A DNA stretch of 64,000 nt, from positions 7,431 through 71,430 of the forward strand of contig CAAETY010000147.1 in the NCBI GenBank assembly GCA_900759105.1, in the 5' to 3' direction. The translations under genes were made by a program, and so were the position numbers. This document shows, in pieces, positions 9,539 through 19,292 of the stretch. Every line of letters begins with the position of its first letter. The first letter of the stretch is position 1. Under the pieces are notes generated by a model. It ran no database searches, was not told where the DNA came from, and saw nothing but the letters and a program-made list of their open reading frames with translations. This DNA is from Peptococcaceae bacterium. GTDB lineage: Bacteria; Bacillota; Peptococcia; Peptococcales; Peptococcaceae.

Positions 9539-11425
9539 ATGGCTGAAATCAAATATACACACAAAGACCATATCATTACCTTACAAAAGCAAAGCGAAGA
9601 AGCATTCCTCGCAGAATTTGCTGCCGGTGACTACACTCTCACCAACCCACTCGTAAAACTCAACCCTTACATCATTTGCCCACTCAGCGCAATGATTCTC
9701 TTCAAGACCCCACGTGCAGAAGAAGTAACCATTATCGTTCACGGTAAAGAAGCTGCAGGCGACATCTGCCACACCTTCCCTGCTGCTTACGAACACATTC
9801 TTCCTATCTACGGTCTTTATGCAGACTACGACAACCAAGTTGAAATCGTACTCCAAGACGGCAGCCGTCACACCGTAACCATCAAGACTGAACCAAAGAT
9901 GGAAGGCGTACCTGAATCCACTTCTTGCGACACCACCCCGGAATACATGGGTGACAACATGGTATTCCTCACCGCTTCCATGCGTTCCTTCCCTGTAGGT
10001 TATGACTACAAAGGTGATCTTCGTTGGTACTGCGTAGAAAACCTCGCATTTGACATCAAGCGTATCGCTAACGGTCACATCCTCGTTGGGACCGAACGTC
10101 TTGTGAAGATGCCTTACTTCACCACCGGTTTGTATGAAATGAACTTCGGCGGTAAAATCTTCAAAGAATATGTTATTCCATGCGGTGGTTATCACCACGA
10201 CCAATTCGAAATGGAAGACGGCAACATCTTGGCGCTCACCTTCGATTTCTACTCCGGCACTGTTGAAGACGTTTGCGTACTCTTAGACAGAAACACCGGC
10301 GAAATCTTGAAGAAATGGGATTACAAAAACGTGCTCCCACAACAAGGCCCTGGCTCCGGCAGCCAAACCGAAGAAGACTGGTTCCACAACAACGCTGTTT
10401 GGTACGACAAAAAAACCAACTCCTTGACCTTCTCCGGTCGTCACGAAGACGCTGTTATGAACATTGACTTCGAAACCGGCGAACTCAATTGGATTATCGG
10501 TGACCCGGAAAACTGGCCACAAGAATATGTGGACAAGTATTTCTTCACCCCTGTTGGCGATGGTGACTTTGACTGGCAATACGAACAACACGCTTGCGTG
10601 GTTCTTCCTGACGGCGATGTGATGATGTTCGACAACGGTCACTATCGTTCTAAGAACCCAGATAAATACTGGGCAAACCATGACAACTTCTCCCGTGGCG
10701 TACGTTATCGCATCAACACCGATGACATGACCATCGAACAAGTATGGCAATATGGGAAAGAACGCGGTGCGGACTTCTTCTCCCCATACATCTGCAATGT
10801 TGAATACTACGATGAAGGCCATTACATGGTTCACTCCGGTGGTATCGGCTACTTGGACGGCAAATGCTGCGACGGCTTTGCTGTTATGATGGCAATGCAA
10901 CCGGAATACAAGGATCGCGTGACCTTCAACTCCATCACCTGCGAATTGGTTAACGATGAAGTGGTATATGAACTCCATGTTCCTGCAAACCTTTATCGTG
11001 CAGAAAAATTGCCACTCTACTATGCCGGTGAAACCTTCGAACAAGGTGCAGGCGAATACGTAGGTGGCCTCATCGAAACCAAGACCACCCGCATGAAGAT
11101 GAAAGCTGAAGAAACCGGCGAAATCGTTCCGGATCATTATCAAGCAAACATCGTAGAAGAAGAAGACCGCTTCCTCTTCAACGCTATCTTCGAATCCGGT
11201 GAAATGGCACAGCTCTTGCTCATTGATGGCGAAGGCAACATCCGTCGTTACCCAATCGAGACCGTGACCCAAGAATTCACCGCAATGTGCGTAGGGACCT
11301 TCCAAAAGGCAGACCCACGTAACATCGATACCTTCATCAACAAGACCGGCCTTGTTGGTCCACAAACTGTGAAGCTCTTGTGCGAAGACAAGATTTACGA
11401 TACCGGTATTGTTGTTAACAAGTAA
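9539..11425 (+). CDS. aryl-sulfate sulfotransferase (ASST family, PAPS-independent)
   Basis: 628 aa; length and beta-propeller-like sequence features fit the AssT family. Confidence 0.7.
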   Translation: MAEIKYTHKDHIITLQKQSEEAFLAEFAAGDYTLTNPLVKLNPYIICPLSAMILFKTPRAEEVTIIVHGKEAAGDICHTFPAAYEHILPIYGLYADYDNQVEIVLQDGSRHTVTIKTEPKMEGVPESTSCDTTPEYMGDNMVFLTASMRSFPVGYDYKGDLRWYCVENLAFDIKRIANGHILVGTERLVKMPYFTTGLYEMNFGGKIFKEYVIPCGGYHHDQFEMEDGNILALTFDFYSGTVEDVCVLLDRNTGEILKKWDYKNVLPQQGPGSGSQTEEDWFHNNAVWYDKKTNSLTFSGRHEDAVMNIDFETGELNWIIGDPENWPQEYVDKYFFTPVGDGDFDWQYEQHACVVLPDGDVMMFDNGHYRSKNPDKYWANHDNFSRGVRYRINTDDMTIEQVWQYGKERGADFFSPYICNVEYYDEGHYMVHSGGIGYLDGKCCDGFAVMMAMQPEYKDRVTFNSITCELVNDEVVYELHVPANLYRAEKLPLYYAGETFEQGAGEYVGGLIETKTTRMKMKAEETGEIVPDHYQANIVEEEDRFLFNAIFESGEMAQLLLIDGEGNIRRYPIETVTQEFTAMCVGTFQKADPRNIDTFINKTGLVGPQTVKLLCEDKIYDTGIVVNK

Positions 11426-11522
11426 TGCCGTTCGGATACGGTCCGTCTAAATCCTTCAAATAAACAAATGCCCTGCTTTTCTTTCGAGAAAGGTAGGGCA
11501 TTGTTATCGTTGCCGACAGAAA

Positions 11523-11562
11523 AACAAGGGCCGAGGAGGGGGTTCCTCTAGCCCTTGTTTTA
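11523..11562 (+). terminator. rho-independent terminator
   Basis: AACAAGGGC...GCCCTTGTT hairpin followed by TTTT. A second, convergent hairpin at 11466-11505 probably serves the minus-strand genes. Confidence 0.7.
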
Positions 11563-11589
11563 CAGGAAAGCACCTTGTATGGAATTGTA

Positions 11590-11943
11590 TTACATAGCGA
11601 GAATGTTCAAGCGATCGATTTTGCCGTCTTCAGTGACGGATGAGAGGTAGGCGACCACCGGAACAGTCACGCCATTATACACGATAAAATACCAGGCAAC
11701 ATTGTCATCGGTGAATTTGACACCACTGACAGTGAATGGCCCTCTGTTCATCCCAAATTTGTGGTGATACATCATTTCAACAGCCATTTTGCCACAGAGG
11801 TGAACGGTATCATAGCCAATTCGGCGCCAGGAAGCGTCGTGAAGGACGCCGTTATCATCAAAGAGGTCGGCCATGCCGACATTGTCGCCGCGCTTTAAGC
11901 AGTCAATAAATTGTTCTAATAAAGTCATATCCGTTCCCTCCAA
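11590..11943 (-). CDS. NTF2/SnoaL-like protein (ketosteroid-isomerase-like fold)
   Basis: 117 aa; the N-terminal pattern LLEQFIDCLKRGDNVGMADLFDDNGVLHD parallels the KSI/SnoaL alpha+beta barrel; 1 nt downstream of the SDR gene. Confidence 0.5.
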   Translation of the reverse strand: MEGTDMTLLEQFIDCLKRGDNVGMADLFDDNGVLHDASWRRIGYDTVHLCGKMAVEMMYHHKFGMNRGPFTVSGVKFTDDNVAWYFIVYNGVTVPVVAYLSSVTEDGKIDRLNILAM

Positions 11944-12717
11944 TCAGAATCTTTCAGAACGTAAGAGGGCGTCAATCCCGCCGTCTACGAAAAGGATAAC
12001 ACCATTAATACCACTGGCCTTCTTGGAAGCCAAGAAGGTAATGCCGTTGGCGACTTCTTCTGCATCCAAGAATTCCTTGGTGCCGTAACGGGTTGGAATT
12101 GGGATAACCAACGCAGCCTCGCGTTGTGCATCGGTGAGCCCTCTGGTCATGGCAGTGGTGGTATTCCCCGGTGCAACGGCATTGAGGCGAAGTCCGTCAA
12201 CTGCCCAGGATGCACTCATGCGACGTACCCAGCGTGCCAAGGCAAATTTAGAGGAGCTATAGCAGGATGCTGCTTGTTCCGGCTTGGCAAGGTCGGCAAG
12301 CTCAAGACCACGCTCTTTGTTGCGCACATGGTTCAAAACGTGTGCCCAGTCCAAACGAACTGTCGCATTGGTGATAGAGTTGGAAGCGGTCATCACGCAA
12401 TTGCCCTTTTTCATTTTAAGAAGTTGGCGCAGACCCTCTGCCAATTCAATCGCAGCGTAGTAGTTCAAAGAGAAAATAACTCTAGGCGGTGCGGTTGGAC
12501 CAACCCCGGCATTGCAAATCAGACAATCAATACCATCTGGATAACGGTTTTTAACTTCTTGGATAGCGGCTTCAACCCCTTCTGGGGTTGACAAGTCTAC
12601 TTCGAAATCACCGTGTTTATAGTCAATGTTAAATACTTCGTGACCCTCTGCTTCAAGTTGTTGCTTGGCAGCTAAACCAATCCCGGCGCCACCACCGGTA
12701 ATTACATAAACGCCCAT
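11944..12717 (-). CDS. short-chain dehydrogenase/reductase, 3alpha-hydroxysteroid dehydrogenase/carbonyl reductase-like
   Basis: 257 aa; TGGGAGIG Rossmann motif; Y-x3-K (SSSKFAL...); C-terminal VDGGIDALLRSERF closely parallels the Comamonas 3alpha-HSD/CR C-terminus, and the length is the same. Confidence 0.7.
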   Translation of the reverse strand: MGVYVITGGGAGIGLAAKQQLEAEGHEVFNIDYKHGDFEVDLSTPEGVEAAIQEVKNRYPDGIDCLICNAGVGPTAPPRVIFSLNYYAAIELAEGLRQLLKMKKGNCVMTASNSITNATVRLDWAHVLNHVRNKERGLELADLAKPEQAASCYSSSKFALARWVRRMSASWAVDGLRLNAVAPGNTTTAMTRGLTDAQREAALVIPIPTRYGTKEFLDAEEVANGITFLASKKASGINGVILFVDGGIDALLRSERF

Positions 12718-13051
12718 CGTAAATCCTCCTTACAGCTTGTATCATCATTGCATGTTCAAATCGTTCTCGAAACGTTTCTGGTTGGAATTTGTTGTTGTAA
12801 TGGAGTATAATTCGGATTTCTTCATTCGTCAATATTTTCTGTGCTTTCCAAACAGTCTGAAAATTTATAATACGGATAAATGGCGTTCGAAATGTTAGAA
12901 TAAGATGCAGCATTTATGTTATTATTTGTAGATTTTATTGAAAAAAGGCAGAAAAATCCACATATAATGCGCAAAAGTACGCGTATAGAAAACAAAACAC
13001 AGATATGCACATGCATAATGGACAAAGTAAAAATTTCACAAAGTTAAAATC

Positions 13052-13092
13052 CCCGTATCCTAGCGTGAATACGGGGATTAAGTATATGTTGA
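13052..13092 (-). terminator. rho-independent terminator
   Basis: ATCCCCGTAT...ATACGGGGAT hairpin downstream of the patatin gene. Confidence 0.6.
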
Positions 13093-13118
13093 AATTTATG
13101 GTCATTCGGTATTTTTCT

Positions 13119-13994
13119 TTAGGCGTGTTCCATCCAGTCGAGCCATTCTTCCAGATGATTTTTTGCTTGTTCGCGACCCAGTGCCCAAGTTTTTTCCAAA
13201 ACCTCACGCTCATGATCGGTACGACTCACCGGCATGGTTTCCGGATAAAGCACCAAAGCGCGCCCATCGGCTTCCATTTTTTCAATGAGCGCCATTTGTA
13301 TATTGTATCGTTCGGCACGTAATTTCAAGGCCTCGGAAACTTTTGGATGGTCGCGGTAGAAGTATTTGGCGATTTTTTCACTGGTAGAGGTTTCGCGGCG
13401 ATACCCACGCTGGTGGGTTGGGAGGATGACAAAGCGTTCAATGCCGGCATCAATCGCCGGTTGAATTACAAAGCATTCGCGCACACCGCCGTCAACATAG
13501 CCGATGCCATCAATATAGGTCGGTGGCATCATCATAGGCAGTGAGCTGGAAGCACGGCAAATACGCATGAGGTCGCGGTAGCTGGAAATATCCGCTTGGT
13601 GCCAATAACGGATTTCACCGGTGTCTTGATTAAAGGCACTTAGCGCGATTTCTACGCCGCTATCGTGGAAAATGCGCCAATTTTCCTCCATCCCTTCTTC
13701 ATTGTAGAAAGCTTCTTCGTAGATGGAAAAGGAATTAAAATAGCCTTCACCGCGTAATAAGGGCTTCAAGCCTACATTGTTTGGATCGGAGGAAAGGTCG
13801 ATAAAACCTGTGCGCATACGTTCAATATTTTGCATGACATAGTTAACGGCAATGGTGGTGCCGGCGCTTACGCCGGTAACGTATGGAAATTTAATACCTG
13901 CTTCAAGCATCACCGAAGCCATACCACCGGTATAAACGGCACGCATACCGCCGCCTTCGCAGATGAGCGCCGTATTGGGAATGAAGTGCTGCAT
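13119..13994 (-). CDS. patatin-like phospholipase
   Basis: GGGMR oxyanion motif, GVSAG nucleophile elbow, and a downstream DGG Asp. Confidence 0.8.
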   Translation of the reverse strand: MQHFIPNTALICEGGGMRAVYTGGMASVMLEAGIKFPYVTGVSAGTTIAVNYVMQNIERMRTGFIDLSSDPNNVGLKPLLRGEGYFNSFSIYEEAFYNEEGMEENWRIFHDSGVEIALSAFNQDTGEIRYWHQADISSYRDLMRICRASSSLPMMMPPTYIDGIGYVDGGVRECFVIQPAIDAGIERFVILPTHQRGYRRETSTSEKIAKYFYRDHPKVSEALKLRAERYNIQMALIEKMEADGRALVLYPETMPVSRTDHEREVLEKTWALGREQAKNHLEEWLDWMEHA

Positions 13995-14169
13995 AAACAG
14001 AGCTCCTTTCAATCATAAAATGTGCAATACTGCACGTGGTTCGTGTTTATTATAGCACAATCCACTTGTTTACTTGCATTAAAAAGCCTGCCGCCGAAGC
14101 AGCAGGCGAGGGGGAGCAATGATCAATTGAATCGGTGGACGTTCGCATTTCATGCGCATGTCCACACGC

Positions 14170-14523
14170 TTATTTCTTCTTTTTGTCTTTTTTCTTTGCG
14201 TTCTTCTTCGCTTTTTTATCTTTTTTGGCTTTTTTAGCCTTTTTAGCAGTTTTTTTCTTTTTTGCTTTCTTTTTATCTTTTTTCTTCTTGTCCTTTTTGT
14301 CGTCCTTTTTCTTCTTTTTCTTGTCTTTTTTCTTTTCGACAAGTTCAGTTACCAAGACGGCAAGTGGCGCTTCTTCTGCCTGAGGGGCATCTTCAGCGCA
14401 TTCACCGGTCAAAGGAATGGCTGTTTCAGCAAGAATTTCTTCGGTGGTGTCTGCACATGGGGTATCGTTTACGCCTGCAATGATTTCCTCTTCAAGTCGT
14501 TCTTTTTCATTGATGGTAGACAT
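14170..14523 (-). CDS. acidic N-terminal / poly-lysine C-terminal intrinsically disordered protein
   Basis: 117 aa; good RBS (AAAAAGGAG) embedded in the end of the PPK2 gene; the start is 4 nt after the PPK2 stop; C-terminal roughly 55 residues are about 75% Lys. Confidence 0.5.
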   Translation of the reverse strand: MSTINEKERLEEEIIAGVNDTPCADTTEEILAETAIPLTGECAEDAPQAEEAPLAVLVTELVEKKKDKKKKKKDDKKDKKKKDKKKAKKKKTAKKAKKAKKDKKAKKNAKKKDKKKK

Positions 14524-14526
14524 GGT

Positions 14527-16062
14527 TTAGGACTCCTTTTTTTCTTTGCCTTGTGTGCTATCGTCTTTCAATGCTTTGGTGGCATCTTTTTCAAGATGCA
14601 CATTAACACCTTTCTTTTCAAGTGCCTTGGTTGCGGCTTCGACAAAATGTTTCAAAACCTCAATACGGGCATATTGCTTGTTCATTCCCGGAATAATCGT
14701 CCAAGGTGCATGAATGGTCGAGGTGCGTACAATCATGTCATTCATAGCGTCGGTATAATCATCGAATTTTTCGTGATTACGCCAATCCTCATCGGTAATT
14801 TTATAGGTTTTTTCCGGTGTGTTTTCGCGTTCTTTGAAACGCGCCAATTGCTCTTCCTTGTCGATGACGAGCAGGAATTTCAAAATAACGTAGCCGTCCT
14901 CAACGAGGGACTGTTCCATCTCGTTGATTTCCGAGTAGGCCTCTTGCCAACGTTCTACCGGTGTAAAGCCTTCGATACGTTCTACCATAACGCGCCCGTA
15001 CCAGCTGCGGTCATAAATGGTGAGATGACCGGGGATTGGGAAGGTTTGATAGAACCGCCAGAGATAATGGTGAGAAAGCTCGTATTTTGTTGGTGCGGCG
15101 GTTGTCGCCACTTGATAACTGCGTGGATCCATCAGACGTGTCAAACGTTTAATGCAACCACCCTTGCCGGCCGCATCGGTGCCTTCAAAGACAGCAATCG
15201 TTGGGATTTTGTGACGGTAGAGCTGATAAAGCAAATCAGCCGCTTGCTTTTGCAGTGGACGTAATTGTGCACGATATTCTTCTTCGCTGATGGACTTGCT
15301 TAAATCGACCAAATCCAACGGGCGGGTGATGGTTGGTGGCAACGGCTGCGTGCAGGATGGCGCCGGTGTGTTAAGATGCCATTGCAAGCTGTGAATCACA
15401 GTGACCAACACCTGCTGAGATGTGCGCTTTTTGTCCGGCCCGATTTCAATAACGCGCCATGGACAAGAAAGCGTTGATGTATGATTGATAATGCGTTCAA
15501 AATGATGACGGAATTTATCGTAATGCTTGAGCTGATGATGGTCAAAATCCGAAAGCATGTAACGACGATTTTCATCCTTGGAAATTTCCTCGATGTTTTT
15601 CTCCATATGCTCCTTGCTTTGGTCTAAGAAGATTTTGACAATCATACAGCCGTCATCGTTTAAAAGACGTTCTAAGAAGGAAATATCGCGAACGGCATGC
15701 ATAAATTCCACGTCATCCATATCAGGGTGGCGCATCAATTCACGGTAATAGCTGTGGTCAAAAATTCCAACTCGTCCATGAATAGGGAGCGATTGGAAGA
15801 AACGCCAAAGCATAGGGTGCTCCTTGTCTGTTTCCGTCGCATCCTTGAATTGCGAGAGATGGAAATAACGTGGGTCAATTTCACGTACAAGGTCATTTAA
15901 AATAAGCCCCTTGCCGGTGGCTTCCCAACCGGAAAGAACAATAAGCAAGCTGCGATCGGTATCCTTGAGCTGGCGCTGCAAAGTTCCCAAGAGCTCACCC
16001 AGTTCGGAGATTTCCATATCCATCATTGGATCGTCGATGGAAAAGGCCATTTTTCTGAGCAT
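14527..16062 (-). CDS. two-domain polyphosphate kinase 2 (PPK2; polyphosphate:AMP/NDP phosphotransferase)
   Basis: 511 aa with two PPK2 domains; canonical Walker A (FEGTDAAGKGG) in the second domain and a degenerate one (SGWEATGKG) in the first. Confidence 0.85.
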   Translation of the reverse strand: MLRKMAFSIDDPMMDMEISELGELLGTLQRQLKDTDRSLLIVLSGWEATGKGLILNDLVREIDPRYFHLSQFKDATETDKEHPMLWRFFQSLPIHGRVGIFDHSYYRELMRHPDMDDVEFMHAVRDISFLERLLNDDGCMIVKIFLDQSKEHMEKNIEEISKDENRRYMLSDFDHHQLKHYDKFRHHFERIINHTSTLSCPWRVIEIGPDKKRTSQQVLVTVIHSLQWHLNTPAPSCTQPLPPTITRPLDLVDLSKSISEEEYRAQLRPLQKQAADLLYQLYRHKIPTIAVFEGTDAAGKGGCIKRLTRLMDPRSYQVATTAAPTKYELSHHYLWRFYQTFPIPGHLTIYDRSWYGRVMVERIEGFTPVERWQEAYSEINEMEQSLVEDGYVILKFLLVIDKEEQLARFKERENTPEKTYKITDEDWRNHEKFDDYTDAMNDMIVRTSTIHAPWTIIPGMNKQYARIEVLKHFVEAATKALEKKGVNVHLEKDATKALKDDSTQGKEKKES

Positions 16063-16231
16063 AATCCTCAGTCCTTTACATTTATTTAATAAATCCTTGA
16101 TTTTTACTCAGTATATCATAAAGAATACGAGGCAGATAGCGAAAAATGGTAAAAAAATGACAAGATTCTGTTAAGTTCTCAACATGATAGAACCTGTTGT
16201 TGTAAAAATGAACATGCAAAAGAAGTGCACA

Positions 16232-16262
16232 AAAAAACGCCTCCCTAGCGGGAAGCGTTTTG
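16232..16262 (-). terminator. rho-independent terminator
   Basis: CGCTTCCC...GGGAGGCG hairpin, T-run on the minus strand, downstream of brnQ. Confidence 0.6.
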
Positions 16263-16274
16263 AATATAAACCAA

Positions 16275-17621
16275 TCAGTCGCTTTGACCTTCGTCGTAAA
16301 CTTCGAAAACAATTTCGCTGGTATCTTTGCGACGTGGGATGAAGGATGCAAGGATAGCACAAACAATAGCAGGAATCACCCAAGCTAAGCCAAAGCTTGC
16401 AAGTGGAAGCTTTTGTTCAAAGCCAACCAATGCATCAACCCAAGCACCACTAACGCCGAGGCTGCCCATGGTGGAGAGTGCATCGATGATACTGATCAAG
16501 AATGCCCCTACAACAGCGCCGATGTAAGCGTTTTTGTTTTTGATGTATTTGTCGAAGCAAGTGCAAACGGTCAATGCCATGAGCACTGGATATACCAAAT
16601 AGAGGAAAGGTACTGCCAAGTTGATGATTGCGGTAACCCCAAGCACGGAGATTAAGCAGGATACAACAACAGTGATAACAACAACGAGCTTATAGCTTAA
16701 TTTGCCACCGGACAATTCATTGAAGTATTGACCGGTAGTAACGCAAAGACCGACAGCGGTGGTTAAGCAAGCCAAGGTGATTGCTGCGGAGAGGCAGTAA
16801 GCACCAATGTTGCCGAGAAGACCTTGGGTCATGCCAACGAGCAAAGCACTACGTTCGATGTCAGCCGGGAAAGCGCCGGTGCAACCTGCGCCACCGAAGG
16901 TGAGACCGCAGTATACCAAGCCCAAAAGAACCGCTGCAATAACACCAGTGCGGATAGACATGGAAAGCTGCTCTTCGCGGTTGTTATAGCCACGTGCCAC
17001 AATATTGGAAAGTGCAACGCCGGCGAACATGGTAGCTGCCAAACCGTCCATGGTTTGATACCCTTCGGTGAAACCGCCTGCAAAGTTGTAGGCAGGATCT
17101 GCTGCAGTCCCCGGAGTCCCAACAGGATTAACAATAGCGGCAATAATAATGGAGAATAAGGTAAGGATTAAGAATGGGGTTAAGAATTTACCCAAACGGT
17201 CGACAACCTTAGAATTGTTAATGGAAAGAACAAGCGCGAAAGCAAAGAAGATGATGGAGCTTATGGTAATACTTACATTAGGAAGAATTGGGAATACCCC
17301 AACTTCATATACAGTTGCTGCGGTACGTGGGATTGCAAACATTGGCCCAATAGAAAGAACCACCACAAACCCTAATACGCGACCGAACGGACGCCCAACG
17401 TGGCGTGCCATGGTCATGATGGTACCGCCACTACGAAGTACTGCATATACAGCAAGTAATGGCAAACCAACACCGGTCAAAACGAAACCAATTAACACTG
17501 GTAGCCAGTTTTCGCCGGAATGAAGCCCCAAGTAAGGTGGGAAAATAAGGTTACCTGCCCCCAAGAACATAGAAAACAGGGCAAAACCAACGATCAGTGT
17601 GTCTTTTGTTTTGCGATTCAT
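16275..17621 (-). CDS. brnQ: branched-chain amino acid transport system II carrier (LIVCS family)
   Basis: 448 aa, 12 TM helices, N-terminal GAGNLIFPP signature. Confidence 0.85.
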   Translation of the reverse strand: MNRKTKDTLIVGFALFSMFLGAGNLIFPPYLGLHSGENWLPVLIGFVLTGVGLPLLAVYAVLRSGGTIMTMARHVGRPFGRVLGFVVVLSIGPMFAIPRTAATVYEVGVFPILPNVSITISSIIFFAFALVLSINNSKVVDRLGKFLTPFLILTLFSIIIAAIVNPVGTPGTAADPAYNFAGGFTEGYQTMDGLAATMFAGVALSNIVARGYNNREEQLSMSIRTGVIAAVLLGLVYCGLTFGGAGCTGAFPADIERSALLVGMTQGLLGNIGAYCLSAAITLACLTTAVGLCVTTGQYFNELSGGKLSYKLVVVITVVVSCLISVLGVTAIINLAVPFLYLVYPVLMALTVCTCFDKYIKNKNAYIGAVVGAFLISIIDALSTMGSLGVSGAWVDALVGFEQKLPLASFGLAWVIPAIVCAILASFIPRRKDTSEIVFEVYDEGQSD

Positions 17622-17996
17622 CTAAATAACACTCCCTTTTAATAAATTTTGTCGTGAATTCACGCAACCCATTTTTTTGATGATAGCTTGATAGTTATTC
17701 TGCGTCAAAAATGGATAAACTCGTCAGAATATGAAATATGTCCCCTTATCAAACATATAAGACATATTTTAGGGGATACTTTTGAAATTTGCAATAGAAC
17801 TTGATACTTTGATATATGAGATTCCTATATGGACTGTATAAGTACAGATTGTAGATAAAACAAACTGTACAAGAACAGACGTCTGTTTTAGAGAAATAAT
17901 CTCTTACGAACAGTGCTTGAATCAAAGGGAACACACCAGTATACTAAAGAAATAATCAAAAAATCAACATATAAAGTAAAACAGAGAGGACCTATT

Positions 17997-19004
17997 ATGA
18001 TACAGATTCAAGAAGCCATTCTTCATTTTTACGACGCTGCTGCATTGAGCGAAACCTTATCCGACACCACCTTGGACCTTCGCAGTGGGCTCATGGTAGA
18101 CTATTTGGCGCACCATATCGAACGCGGTCTCAAAGACCCCGCAGCAAGCCATGCCCAATTTTCCCAGACCAGCGCTGTGCCGGAACGTCTCAAAACCTTC
18201 ATTAAAGGGGATGAAGGACTGGTTGATTTCTCGAAATGGGCAGCGGGCCTGTTTTTTGGCGAGCTCCGCGACCTCGGGGTAGAAGAAAATTACCATTTGG
18301 CACTTGCGCGTTTTCACACAGAAATCGGCACCCCATATTTGGCAATTTTGGCCCTTGCCGATAAGCTTGCCTATACCCATCAGGTAGATGCCGCTGACGA
18401 TGGCACCCTTTCTGCCTCCATTGCTGTGCATCGCTCCATTATGCCACAGCCAACCCAACGTATTAAGGGGTATGCGTTTATTAATTTGGAAGACTTGGGC
18501 ATTCGCTTGTGTGACATCAAGGTAAAATTTGAAAAAGAAACCATTCTTCTATTTGAAGAAGTGCTTTTGGGTTGTCTGACTGAACCGTCAAGCCGTGAAA
18601 GCTACCGCCAGATTCGCCAAATGACTTTGGCCGTAGCGGACGACTATTCACAAGACGGTGTGGAAGCCTTTACACGCGCAAAAAAATTTCTCGCCGATAA
18701 CGCCGATAACAGCGACCTCGTTGATACCCACACTTTGGCTGAAAAGGTTTTTCCAAACTCCATTCAAATGCAAAACAGCTTTATGGGCGAAGTAAGCTAC
18801 GCAAATCTGCCGGAAAATCTCGTTTTGGAGCAAGAATTTGCTCGCAAGCAAACCGCTACCCACAAGCTCGTGTGCGACGGCGAAATCACCATCACCATTC
18901 CGGCCGAATGGTATGACGATCCCGACCGTGTGGAAATTCGTATGGAAAGTGACGGCACAACCACCATCACCTTGCGTGGCATTGAAACTATGACCGCTAA
19001 ATAA
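17997..19004 (+). CDS. putative nucleoid-associated protein (YejK/NdpA-like)
   Basis: The N-terminus MIQIQEAILHFYD resembles the NdpA N-terminus; about 335 aa from this Met. The ORF-track start at 17913 has no RBS. Confidence 0.4.
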   Translation: MIQIQEAILHFYDAAALSETLSDTTLDLRSGLMVDYLAHHIERGLKDPAASHAQFSQTSAVPERLKTFIKGDEGLVDFSKWAAGLFFGELRDLGVEENYHLALARFHTEIGTPYLAILALADKLAYTHQVDAADDGTLSASIAVHRSIMPQPTQRIKGYAFINLEDLGIRLCDIKVKFEKETILLFEEVLLGCLTEPSSRESYRQIRQMTLAVADDYSQDGVEAFTRAKKFLADNADNSDLVDTHTLAEKVFPNSIQMQNSFMGEVSYANLPENLVLEQEFARKQTATHKLVCDGEITITIPAEWYDDPDRVEIRMESDGTTTITLRGIETMTAK

Positions 19005-19292
19005 TGTGAAATTTGAATAATAAGAAATAAAAGTGTGCGAAGTGTTTGCCTATTATATAGGTAGGGAATTGCGGTTTTGCAGCAGTAGTAGTAACCGATG
19101 AAAAAGCACAACCACACAAAAAACATCAAATGCCAAACGGAATGTGCAGAATAACGCCATAACAGGCTTGCAGTTTTTAGCATTAAGGCCTGAAACAATG
19201 ACGGATTTTATGGCTAAAAATGATGCAAAATATAGCATTTTGCACCCTAAATGAACGGTAAATCAAGCGTGATGTAAACTGACGGCGGACAA

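Noticed and set aside
10283-11365. 360-aa minus-strand ORF
   Set aside because: It is antisense to the aryl-sulfate sulfotransferase gene.
14170-14400. Lys-codon tract considered as a non-coding simple-sequence repeat
   Set aside because: The frame is kept open for 117 codons, has an excellent RBS and is coupled to the PPK2 gene. The tract is therefore treated as a low-complexity coding region.
14152-15264. 370-aa ORF on the plus strand
   Set aside because: It is antisense to the PPK2 gene and to the poly-Lys gene. Its sequence is a Phe/Leu-rich low-complexity mirror of the K-rich codons, and it has no RBS.
17913-17996. ORF-track start at 17913 for the NdpA-like gene
   Set aside because: The upstream extension MLESKGTHQYTKEIIKKSTYKVKQRGPI has no RBS and runs through promoter-like AT-rich DNA. 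The start was therefore placed at MIQIQEAILHF.
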